A stretch of 63,799 nucleotides of DNA, filler included, from Platydemus manokwari (taxonomy: Eukaryota), in NCBI GenBank assembly GCA_037951405.1. It is 6 parts of 6 records of this genome, joined end to end, with 100 filler letters (N's around TTAATTAATTAA, not from the genome) between each part and the next. Parts side by side here need not be neighbours in the genome. Positions count along the whole stretch, not along the records: positions 38,169 to 54,359 come from JBBMOY011201432.1; positions 54,460 to 63,799 come from JBBMOY011262096.1; 4 more parts are not named here. One strand, 5' to 3'. Positions within the stretch are counted from its first letter, which is position 1, and the number at the start of each line of letters is the position of its first letter. The notes beneath the pieces were generated by a model, which was given only the letters and a program-made list of their open reading frames with translations, made no database searches and was not told where the DNA came from. The translations under genes and the position numbers were made by a program. This document shows, in pieces, positions 45,501 to 56,809 of the stretch.

Positions 45501-48443
45501 ACATCAAAAGTTTTTAAAAAGTTTCTAATGATACTTTTGCTTGTAGAGTCTTTCAAGAAATTATCCACATTATTTATACATTATTAATATAATATTAATA
45601 TTTATTCCTAATAAATTTTAATCATATCACAAAACATGATCAATATTCTGCTCATATTATATGGATTATTATTATCAACTATTCGGTGAAAAATATTTTA
45701 TTAATCTCAAACTGAACAAGATTTTCTTATAATCGAAAGTTCATTATTTGTTGTCATTAAGCGAGCAGCTAATACTCTCATAATGAGTTAGATTTCAATA
45801 ACACCTCTTAGATTTAGTATTGGCACCGGGAAAATGGAGCGAAATTATTTCCGTTGATCGATGAGCCTTTTATCAATCGATAGGCAACAATATCCATTTC
45901 TTGACTGCAGGACGTGTTATTTGTTAGGTTTTCAGTGAGATTTGCTTTGAATATATTCTTCACGATGAATTATATCAGCCAGCCAGATCATCCAATCCAG
46001 TTACAAATGATGGGTCGCAATATTTGATATCTGAGTACGGTTTTCAGTTATAAAATCGATATCGATTCATGGGAGGACAATATTTTGATTTCATATTAGA
46101 CAAATATTTTTTAATAATTGCTAAATCTGTAACTTCAGATCTTCCTGGAATAAAGTCGCATAATTGTTCCAAATTTTTAGGAATCACAGTCAATTCAGGT
46201 CATTAATTACTGCATAGGTTTCATCTTCAATATCTCGACTCAAATCTTTAGCTTGGAATCGTTTATAAAGATTTTTAGAAATGTTTTATCTTATAGATAT
46301 TTATGCCTTCAAAATATTTAATGATAAACAAATCTGTTTACATAATCGATTAATTGTTTTGATATTTAATAAGCGCAGTGTAAATTCGAAACTAGCTCAA
46401 ATTAGATCTGACTCTGCTTTAACCAAAATTTCAACTTTGATTTTCAATGATAAAATATATAAGTTATTTGAAACAAGTAAAAAAAAACTGTTAGTAGCGG
46501 ACACCTCATTGAAAATTTGAAATTCGTCAGAATTGGTTATTGAGAAATTTTGACGATGTTGTCACAAAATGTTTGGATATTGTATTTGAATTGAGCTTCA
46601 TCACTCGATGATGACGAAACAACTGTGAATAATATAATATTTTATTACATTCTGTTTTCACAATCGATAGCTATTAACGTAACAACGATGGATCAGTTTC
46701 AAGGTCAGATTGTAATTTAAACAAAGACTACAATAGTCTACTCACTTAAGATCGTCATGAGTGGAAGTATATTACAGGGCATCAGTGAGTAGATTTGAGA
46801 TCTCATGCTCATCACATTTACTATTTCGAGATTATGTTAGGCAATCATGGAATGAGACTAACAATCTCACGATAAATTATGATGAGTCCAATAAAAGGAA
46901 AATATCGATAATCTGAAACCAAATTAATTTAGAACAATAGAATGAAATGTGTGAAATGTTAATAGAAAATTGATAAGTTTAGTAAACTTGAATGATGATG
47001 ATATACGTCATGATATGCATGGGTGATGAAAAAACAAAGATAAGAAAGATGGGAAAAGTCGTGGAAAATACAAGATGAACAAAAAAATTGATAAAGAACA
47101 GTTATGAAACTCAGAGACAGTAATAAAAAGTCTAATATTAGAATAATAGAATCAAGACATTTTCTATTATAGATATTGTGCTATTCTGATCAATAAAGAT
47201 ATATCGAAAATACACGACAACGCAGAAAATTGAAAGTTGTAAAATGAGGATCTAATTTTGTTTCGAATAAAGAAGTAACTAACGAGTATTTAATGTTGAA
47301 TTCCAAAAAGAAAGTCACGTGTAGCATGATGAAATATTAAAAATGAAGACAAAATATAAAAAATGGAATCTCAAGTAATACAGTATAATGCATGTACAGC
47401 TACCTGAATTCTATATTCTCTACAATATCAAATTGGAATCTCAAAAAGTATGTTAAGGATCAGAAGAACTGTCAAGAGAAAATTTATTAATACCCCTTCA
47501 GTACACCCCCATCTGTTATTATCAGATAATCATCATAATCGTTAGCAATTGAAAATAATAATGATAGAAAAATGAACAGAGAAATTTGTTGTGTATTTTT
47601 GAATGAATATCGATTTTAACGAAATTATGTGCAAAACTGTTTGTTTAAATCGTATTTGAAATGCCGGAATAATCTTTATCTGCAATTCCTGACATTTACT
47701 TTCTCCTTAACGAATCAAATTATTATTTCCATTAACTCTAATTAAGAAAAATGTTTTCAAATTTTAATTATTTAATCCAAAAGTTAATTTCAACTCGATC
47801 AGCATCAACTATTCGATTTCAAGCTCTACGAGAATATTTATACTAACGAATTATAAACTGAGAGAGAATAGCCAATGAAAAACCATTTAAAGTATTCACT
47901 TGTAATTAAATATGGATTTGTTTTCAGTTATTATTTATCTTTATCTGTGTAGCGCTATTTACTGATTTTAGCAGCTAGTAATTTCGAATAATTCTCATAT
48001 CAAATATCTGTGACAACCGATATTCCTTCAATCAATATCTTTCACTCTTCAAACATATTTGGTGATTAAAAATAATTTCGTGATTAAGGCATTTCTATAT
48101 GAAAATTGTGTGTTGAAATGATTTTATTTGTATTGATTTATCGAAAATTATTAATAATTAATTAATTAGATGATTTAATTAATTAATCGTTTAAGCCAAT
48201 AATCAATAAATTTTAAAAATATTTTCATATGAGTTACATCATTATTTAACCCGGAATTTTACTGAATCTCTCAAAAAACTTTCCCCATTCAATATCCTTG
48301 AGGCGATTAAAATTGAAATTAATATTCAAAATGAAAATAAATCAACGTTAATAAAGTTATTTAAAAATAAGGAATTCAATACAACACGATTTATTATTTC
48401 GGAATTTAAATATTAAAGCTAAAATTGTCTATTTTTAGAATAA

Positions 48444-48448
<5 letters not shown>

Positions 48449-48478
<30 letters not shown>
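48449..48478. repeat. (ATT)n microsatellite
   Basis: About 10 ATT units. Confidence 0.85.
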
Positions 48479-48481
<3 letters not shown>

Positions 48482-48646
48482 ATAAATTAAATTTACTTTG
48501 ATTTCTGTTCAAAATATTATTTATTTTTCCTAATAAATTTATTTTATCATTTTTTTAATTAAATAAATAATAAAAATATTGATTTCAAATTTTTGTGGTG
48601 ATAAAATTTTGTTGGAATAATATTTGATAAAATATATAAATTCAAA

Positions 48647-50155
48647 ATGACTGATAATATGGTTTGTTATGTTTGTTATGAAGAATTTAGCACAAATTTT
48701 GATAATTTCGCCATGTTTCAATGCGATCACAAGCTCTGTATTGAATGTATTGACTTGATGATATTCAATAATCAAGATCTCAAATGTCCTTTCGACAATA
48801 AACTCGTTGACATTATTTACAATCAAACTCTCTTCAAAACAATTGCAGAATACACATTGGATTTATGGGCTAATAAACGAAAATCAAAACAAGCTCAATT
48901 TGAAAATTATTGGTGGAAGTTCATTTCAAGTTTTGTAACTGTTGTCAATTCGTCGTTGAAAATTATAAATGGAGATGATGAAACAAGTAGAACAATAAGT
49001 CATAATTCCGATAAGATAATCAAACAAAGCCAGGCTCTGTCTGAAATTCTCAATAATACACTTTACCAGATCAAGAAATCATTCTCAGAACATCAGGCAG
49101 AGAAAGAGATTCGTATAATCGAACATTTTTTGAAAAAATATCCCCGACAACAAATTCCACCTTTTGATTACAATATTCTCAACAGCAATTTTATATTTGA
49201 GATAACTGCTCATTGTTATGAATTGAAAATGTATTGCCATTCGTTGATGATGATCAATGACTCACGCAAAACGAAACTTAATCAATATCTCAAAGAGGAG
49301 ATGAACTATTTAACAGGAATTACTATTTCACATCTTACCAACAATCAACATATTTATCACTTAGCACGTCCTGATGTCATAGCAACCGATATTGAGAAAT
49401 GTTTGATTTGTTGTTCATTGATCAACGGAAATGAATTCGCCATGTTTCCTCAATGCCAACACAAAAGATGTTTACATTGTATCGAAACATGTCTAATTAT
49501 GCATGGCAGTTGCCCGTTTGATGGTAATGAAATTGTAAATTTGCAAATTCCAGAAACTACCGAGTCGGTACGAGTATATATATCGAGTAATTATCGAAAT
49601 ATTGCCACCAAATTATTTAACAGATGTATGGTGAATTATATCAAGATAGTCAGCAGAACGTCGGATATATTTCGTGATACACCAGATTTAATGAAAGGAT
49701 TAATAGACTATCGAGCAAATAGATCTGAATCGATAATCAAACGAATTGTAGAATTGGTACGAAAAGAAATAAGTCGAAATGAATTGAGTCCTATTCTTTA
49801 CGAAGAGAAACATAAAAAGACATTCTTAATCTTGAAATATTATCTGTCTAAATTTTTGGAGTTTGATGGGTTTGTCAATGAATTTGCAGTCGTTGATAGC
49901 ACAGTGATCGATATGATTGGCGAGTGCCTATATTTCACATCTTCCTATAGTTATTTATCAAAGTTGAATTTGGAATCAAGTGATTTTTGTGTAAGAAGTG
50001 TGGAAAATTTACTCAGACGCTTTAAAAAGTTTGCTCATTTCTTAGAACGATTCGAAACAAAACAATATTGCGATGAACATTTCTTTGAGTTTCATAATCA
50101 AGTGATAAAGTTGAAGAATATCATTAGTGCTCAACAGCACCATTTCCGTATTTAA
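48647..50155 (+). CDS. Intronless 502-aa protein with two tandem RING (C3HC3D-type) + helical modules; putative E3 ubiquitin ligase
   Basis: RING1 C-x2-C-x15-C-x-H-x2-C-x2-C-x12-CPFD from aa 7; RING2 C-x2-C-x14-C-x-H-x2-C-x2-C-x10-CPFD from aa 252; both contain FAMF; 1.5-kb open frame in very AT-rich DNA; AATAAA ~200 nt downstream. Confidence 0.85.
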   Translation: MTDNMVCYVCYEEFSTNFDNFAMFQCDHKLCIECIDLMIFNNQDLKCPFDNKLVDIIYNQTLFKTIAEYTLDLWANKRKSKQAQFENYWWKFISSFVTVVNSSLKIINGDDETSRTISHNSDKIIKQSQALSEILNNTLYQIKKSFSEHQAEKEIRIIEHFLKKYPRQQIPPFDYNILNSNFIFEITAHCYELKMYCHSLMMINDSRKTKLNQYLKEEMNYLTGITISHLTNNQHIYHLARPDVIATDIEKCLICCSLINGNEFAMFPQCQHKRCLHCIETCLIMHGSCPFDGNEIVNLQIPETTESVRVYISSNYRNIATKLFNRCMVNYIKIVSRTSDIFRDTPDLMKGLIDYRANRSESIIKRIVELVRKEISRNELSPILYEEKHKKTFLILKYYLSKFLEFDGFVNEFAVVDSTVIDMIGECLYFTSSYSYLSKLNLESSDFCVRSVENLLRRFKKFAHFLERFETKQYCDEHFFEFHNQVIKLKNIISAQQHHFRI

Positions 50156-50765
50156 TCTGAATAATCTTATACAAACGTCATGTGCCTGAATGTGATCACC
50201 TCTGATAGTCTAAACAGTACACTGGTTCTTCCAACTAACTATGTGATTCACTAAATTTCTTTTTTAAATCAATAATCACATTCTTCTGAACATGAATTGA
50301 TTTATAATATTTTCCAAAACATTTTCAAACATATCTTGTCACAAGAATAATAAATAAGAGTTTATAGTAAAGAAAATTACGTCAATATCTATCACCAATA
50401 TTGGGCATACTGGATCTGAATGTGTTCTATGAAAGGATGCAATTTTGATTTTATGATGATAAAGTATACAAGTTGGTTAATACGAGTACACGAAAACCAT
50501 TAAAAGTTCTTGGAATTAATTAAATTTTGAAATTCGCTAAAATGAGTCATTTTTATGAAATTTGTTTTATCAAATTAAATTAAACATTTCTAAACAAATT
50601 GAAATTGAAAAAAGAGCGCTTTATTTGTTACCGATCTTAATCAGGAATATCGATATTAAAATATATCAACTTTTACCATTTATAATAGTTGCGGACATTG
50701 AATGTGTTAATGAGTTGAAATCCAATATAGAAGAAAGTAAAATGAAAGGTAATTCAACCAAAGTT

Positions 50766-51330
50766 AATGAAATGAATTTTTTAGATCTACTTGATATTTT
50801 TCCTTCAATTCTTTAATATGTACTCGTTTGGCTTCTTGTTGTAATCAATTTGCAAATTTTATATTATTATTCTTCATTTTTAAAATGTCCTCCCGTAAAT
50901 ATTTAATAATATCATTAGCTTTAAGTATTTTTACATAAGTTAATATATTACCCTCCAAAACTTTTAGTTGGAATAAATATAATTTATCAATACCGTGTCT
51001 AATTGCTTTACACGAATTGGTTTCTATGAATCTGTTTCTTCTTATAACTTAATTCAATATGGGAAGTCTATCTGTTAATGGTATTTATTATTGTTAGTCA
51101 ACTAGTGCCAACAGCACAATGTAGAATAATTAATTGAAACATTTCAATCCTAGGTAAATTGGGTCAAATAATTGACACAGCCCCCAATATTCCACCAGAT
51201 ATCAAAATGTAATAATTTAAACAACTATCAAATTTATTCCATTTTTTTTTATTTTTTATAATGGGATAATAATTTTTCTAAAACTCTTCTCATTCCTGAA
51301 ATTATCGATTCTAAGCTTATATACACTTAT
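50766..51330 (-). pseudogene. Frameshifted small membrane/coiled-coil protein of the type seen in Polinton-like elements
   Basis: LLSHYKK*KKKWNKFDSCLN + Gly-rich hydrophobic stretch + CKAIRHGIDKLYLFQLKVLEGNILT; family recalled from memory only. Confidence 0.35.
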
Positions 51331-52597
51331 TTTTAATTGATGGTTTTTACACTTAAATAAAATTTAGTAATACTCCAGGTCCAGATAATTTTCTTTAAAT
51401 AAATCTCTGATTTCAAATTTTTCTTGCTCAATTAAACCTCTTCTAATTCATATAAGTTCTAAGAGATTAGGTTTTGATGGATTATGAGGAAATATAATCA
51501 AAATATATAATTTAATTTCATATGGAATCTTTAATTCCTTAAGTAATACATTATTTAAGTAAATACAAAACTTTCCATTTTTTGATCTTTTATTAATTTC
51601 ATAAATTAATAATCTCGGTTTTTTAGCCATAAAATCAATTTCTTTCTCAAATAAGAGAAAGAACATTTGTCGCAATATATAAACTCTGCTCCATGATTAT
51701 TATCCGGAAAAACAGTTCCATATTTTGTTCCAATACAGCTTCCTCGCCCACCAACATATTGAACAAGAAATACAAAACTGAATTTCATCGGATTAAAAAG
51801 CCTAAAGAGTCCCTCCATCTCTCCCACAATTCCTTTATGCCATCAAATCCAATATTATTTATTTGCCATTATAATATTCATGAAAACAGTTCCAATTTAT
51901 GAGATATAATCAATGATTCAATTTATAATATTTTTCAAATTTTGTAGGCCGCTTATCATTAAAAATCATAGTTCCAGTTTTATAACAATTAATATTGGTT
52001 CGATCTTTCTTTAAACACGCACACATTTGTCTATTTTTTGTCATTGTTAATAAAAATAAGAGATTTAAATAGCTTGTTTAAGTTCACACCTAAATTTTTA
52101 TCTACTTGTCCTCTAAAATGAAGGCTAAATTATGTAGTTATCATTTCTAACAATTTGGATTCTCTTTTACCTTGTATGAATTTTAATTGATTAACTTTTT
52201 CATTGAATAATTTTATCTTTATTTTATTTATTTTTTTTATTATCATTTATCATTACAATTATTGATTTACATACCGCATTGTTATATAGGCTGTTTATAA
52301 CTAAATAAATACATAGTTAAAATAAAATGAAACTATAATATTTATTCAATTAAAACATATAATTTAAAGCACAGAATTTATTTAAAAGGGGTAACCGAAT
52401 GCGTAAGCATTTTGTCAGCCTAAAACATGAAAGCATAATGTAAAATAAAATATTACCAACATACTTACTATATAGTGAATTTAAGCAAAAAATTTGTGTT
52501 TATATCATTTTTTAAACTATTTATACTAGTTAATAATATGTGCTTTACATAGTAATTATAATTAATTATAATATAATTATAATTTTTAATTAACTAT

Positions 52598-52885
52598 CAG
52601 ATTGAGCCACGACCATCCATCATACTCGTAGTTCAATCTGTAATTTATTATGAATTAGATTTCTCCAATGGGATTTGTCTTAACTACAATGATAAGTCAA
52701 AATTTAGCCTTATTTGTCTGTGGTTCGAGGCACTGATGAGGGCCCTGGGAGGCCAAAATACGACATTACCCTTAAAACCACCATCGTCATCATTGGAGCT
52801 ATCGTTCTTCAAGTCTCAGAGAAATAGCCGTATGCCTCTGAACTGATATACTGCTTAGGTCTACAGGGGGCCGAAATAGGACTAA
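52598..52885 (+). ncRNA. Structured element with two degenerate hammerhead-ribozyme cores sharing stem I
   Basis: CTGATGA at 52733 + ggcc/ggcc stem II; CTGCTTA at 52851 + ggtct/gggcc stem II + GAAA at 52873; 52722-52732 pairs with 52833-52844; 52704-52713 pairs with 52876-52885; 15-bp hairpin 52598-52640. Confidence 0.55.
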
Positions 52886-53174
52886 TTTTCTGCAAAAGAT
52901 AGTTTATTTATTTATTTTTATATTTTGATAACTTAACAGAATCAGGTCTACCAATACTTTCTTTCTTATTACTAATAAATTCAGATCTTTTACTTGACAT
53001 AAAAGTAAAAATTCTAAAAATTTTTTGAGTTTCATTTTTAAAATTTACTGATAATTTATTGAGATTTATTCTAGAAAACTTTCAAAATTTACTCTAGAAA
53101 ATTTAATCTTCAAATATTTATTTTTTAAAATTTACTCTTCTATATAAATCTCAAATATAATCTCAAGGATCAAA

Positions 53175-53822
53175 TTTTCATCTTTATTTAAAGTAATATA
53201 TTTATATTTTGTATTCCATTGTTTATTTACATTAAAATTAAAAATTTTCTAGAGTTTTACTGAGTAAATCTGAATATATTAAATCTTTATCCCTTTTATC
53301 AAATTTGAATAAAGTAATGAACATTTCTGATTGCTTTGCTAGGTAAATCAAACTAATTTTTTATTGATAAATTAAATTACAACTATTATGTGTTCCTATT
53401 GTATAATAAGCGGACATAATTTCTTCATTTTTTCTGTAACACAATCATCAAATATTATTAATTTTTTTAGTTTCATTTAAATCTGATGGATGTATTTAAA
53501 TCTGCAGGCATAGTTATAGCTATATTAAATTTTTTGGGAAATATTTCTGCATAAATTTCACAAATTTATCTAATAGTTAAATCTTTTAGAAAATGATTTT
53601 GTTCTCCAAACATTCCTGTTATGCTTTCTTTTAATAACTAATTTTTAATCCCGTGATATTGAATTTGATATTCTTGTTGGTAAACAGGTTTTGAAAATAT
53701 TATTAAATTATCATAATCTAAAAACCATGATATTAATTACATTTCAAACAGTGAGTTTTTTCACAACGAGCACTTTCACAAATTAATATTCTAAAAGAAT
53801 AATGAATATTTTCATGATTATT
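53175..53822 (-). pseudogene. A32/FtsK-HerA family DNA packaging ATPase pseudogene (Polinton-type)
   Basis: In order: FRILIC(E)SA(R)C(E)KT (mutated Walker A, 53795-53754); FLDYDNLIIFSK..YQQEYQ; IHPSDL; LIIFDD (Walker B, ~53460-53444); YYTIGTHNSCNLIY (cf. RGRHxN); FDLPSKAIRN; several frameshifts and stops. Confidence 0.85.
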
Positions 53823-53929
53823 AAATTTTATTTTATTTTGATTCCAAACAAAATTCATTTTAAAGTAAGAAAATGAATATTAAATTTCACAAAATAAATT
53901 TAAATTATGTTTTGATCCCACATTTTTTA

Positions 53930-54291
53930 ACACTTATTGTAACCATTATATTTGTGAAGAATGTGAAGAAAAAATTAAAATGAAGATTGTATAAGGGAAT
54001 TCAAAGATAAACTTAGATAAAATCAGAATATTTTATCAAAGAATTTCAGGATAAAGTTCATTGGAGATGTATTTCTATTAATTAGAAACTTTCTGAAGAT
54101 TATATCAGAGAATTTCAAAATAAAGTTGATTTGGAAAGTATTTCAGAATATCAAAGACTTTCTGAAGATTTTATCCGAGAATCTAAGGATAAAGTTGATT
54201 GGTCATTTATTTCATGTTATTAAAAACTAAATCAAGATCTTATCCTAGAATTAAAGGATAAAGTTGATTGGTCATTTATTTCATGTTATAG
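53930..54291 (+). pseudogene. Tryptophan-repeat (23-aa) protein pseudogene, entomopoxvirus/NCLDV type, preceded by a RING-like half motif
   Basis: Exact 69-nt period (ataaagtt at 54051, 54120, 54189, 54258); EFQDKVHWRCISIN*KLSEDYIREFQNKVDLESISEYQRLSEDFIRESKDKVDWSFISCY*KL...; upstream TYCNHYICEEC. Confidence 0.8.
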
Positions 54292-54359
54292 GGTTTTTTA
54301 AGTTTTAAAATAAATTTTGCACAATTTAAGATAATTATTTACATGAATAAGAGAATTGT

Positions 54360-54459
54360 NNNNNNNNNNNNNNNNNNNNNNNNNNNNNNNNNNNNNNNNN
54401 NNNTTAATTAATTAANNNNNNNNNNNNNNNNNNNNNNNNNNNNNNNNNNNNNNNNNNNN
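54360..54459. other. Artificial contig spacer N44-TTAATTAATTAA-N44
   Basis: Same 100-nt linker. Confidence 0.97.
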
Positions 54460-54532
54460 TTGATATTGAATTTTATTTAATATTAAATTTTATTTATTTT
54501 CTTTAAATAATTGCCTTTGAATAGAATTGAAT

Positions 54533-54690
54533 GTCGTGACTTTTCAGTTCGTTTTCTGATGCGTGTTTTATAAAATAGTAGAGGCTTACATGGTGATCAA
54601 TCATCTGGAATCGATCGGTGACTGAAAATTACAGAAAAGAAGGAGGAAGATGTTGTAACTATATAGAGAATATATAAAGAAGATGTAGAG
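54533..54690. repeat. Inverted repeat, left arm (partner ~56810-56962)
   Basis: cgtgact...ttacatgg...catctgga...gaaaagaaggag.aagatgttg...tagagaatatataaagaagat is the reverse complement of 56810-56962. Confidence 0.8.
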
Positions 54691-56809
54691 AAGATATAAA
54701 GGAAATAGAATAATTATATATTTTTATGTAGATAAATATTTTATACATTTTCAATTAATAATACAAAGAAAATCAAAGATTTTGAAAAATGGGGGGGGCG
54801 TGAGAATTGTTAAATGAATTATAATTTTAATGATTTGATTTTAAAATTCTATTGATTTGTTTATATAATTCTATTTAAGTACATAATTTGGTGTCGTGGG
54901 TTTTCAGTTTGTTATCAAACCATGCTTTGTAAAAGAGTAGCTGCTTACAAGAAGTATCCCAAATAAACTTACCGAAACCATAATTTCGGAGTCAGAGTAA
55001 ACAGTGCAAATCTTTCATTCTTGAATTTTTGATGTTTCTATAGAAATTCTAATCTTGTTTTCTTTTACTAAAATAAGCACTGAAAATAAAATTTAAGAAC
55101 TTCAACCCAGAAAAGTATATTTCTTCTAAATATTCAATCAAATTATCAAAACACATTTTCCATTATTTATTTTATTTAAAATGATTATTTAAAAAAAATT
55201 ATCTCATAACTTTACAATCATTCCATTTATGAAAATAATTCTTAGACGTTCTAAATTATTTCTACTAATCTTGGCTCCATATATATTAAACCGTTCCAAT
55301 AATAACTTGATCCGTCTTTCATAAATTTAAAATAATATATTTTTAATTAATATTTCGTTTTCGAGGATTATTTACTCCCGTCACTTTATGTTGAATTCGG
55401 ATTGAATTAAAAGAATTCCCATTTTGGGAATCAATATAATTTCGCTATATAAAATTTTGAACTCATTTCATTTGATAAGATTCGTGTGTTTCTATGATTT
55501 TTAATTATTTAATCCAAATGACAGTTCCGCAAATCTACTATTTGAATCTCCGAACCCACTTGTTTTATTTATCGAGAAAGAAACTAAAGGAAATATAAAT
55601 ATTAACTAAACGGTTATCATAGTCACTGTTCAAGATACATTTATCTAAGAACTCAGAACTTTTTTATTTTTAATAAATAAATTTAAACTTCTTCGAATTC
55701 AGTTTGTCGAATAGTTTTGCTTTACTTTAGATTGGGAATCTGATATATTTCTTGATTATAAAAATCAAACAAGATGAAGATCGATATGGTCTCATGAAAT
55801 CAAACTGAAATTCCTAAAAGTAAAGAAATGATGATAGTTCCATGGGTTAATGGTGTTTATTATACAGATAAATAGCGCTTTCAACTATAAACATAGCTGT
55901 GGGATTTAAAATTACATGCGTTTTAAAAAAGTGTTTTAGAGGCGCGGTAAATGTATAAGAAAATTACCTCTTCAAAATTAGTACTTTTATTACGAGACTG
56001 CAAATAACAGAGAAATATCTGTGAAATGATATGATTCATATAAATAAGCACTCCGCCCAGTGTAAATTTTCAATTTCGTTGACAATTTATATATATTAGC
56101 AAATCGACGATAGTTTCACATTATTAAATTTACCTCAGATTTTAATTGTTTTATTGAAGTCGGATTTTAGGAAAACATAAAACTTTCACCGAGGCGGTTG
56201 AATATCGGTTTTTTTTAGTATTCACAGCTGATTTTCAGACTTAACTCTACTAATATTGCAAGAAGTAACCATTCGCGGAATATCAGTCATATATTATTGA
56301 TAGTAAGTGGATGCAATAGTCGATTAATAGATCATTGATTAATAGACCAATTGGCTCATGGTTCACCAAAATTTATCCAGGGAAATCAATGGCCATTTCT
56401 GTTATGAATCTTTAAATATCAATGTGATCTCATGATTTATTAAAATACGAGTTCCTGATTAGCTGAAATAAGAAGAATGTTTACACGATTTTAAAGTTTG
56501 ATAAGGTCTTCACAAAGTTGACAGAAAAATAATCTATTCATCTTTATTTATGTTTAAATATTAGCCGCTACTATTTTATAAAACGTTCGTCGGAAAGGAA
56601 CTGAAAAAGACACGATAATTAATCATATATTTATATACAAATATTCACTAAATAATTATAATTTTATGTAAAATTATATCTTCAAAACTTTAATCAAATT
56701 ATAAAAAACTGACATTCCCCTTCGTTTAAAATCTTTGATTTACTTTGTTGTCTCAATTGACATTGCATCGAATACTCTAGGTATTTATCTACTAAACACC
56801 TCTAATTCC

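Larger units (their letters stand above)
50560..54359. mobile_element. Decayed Polinton/Maverick (adintovirus-like) endogenous dsDNA virus segment, truncated by the spacer
   Basis: Packed, intron-free broken ORFs including an A32/FtsK packaging ATPase, a Trp-repeat protein and a PFIIVADIEC motif resembling pPolB ExoI; no TIR, integrase or capsid recognised. Confidence 0.7.

Noticed and set aside
54040-54291. Alternative genetic code (TAA/TAG = Gln), since both stops in the Trp repeat fall at Gln positions
   Set aside because: Single C>T changes explain them; neighbouring genes have frameshifts and Walker A lesions; host genes end in TAG/TAA normally
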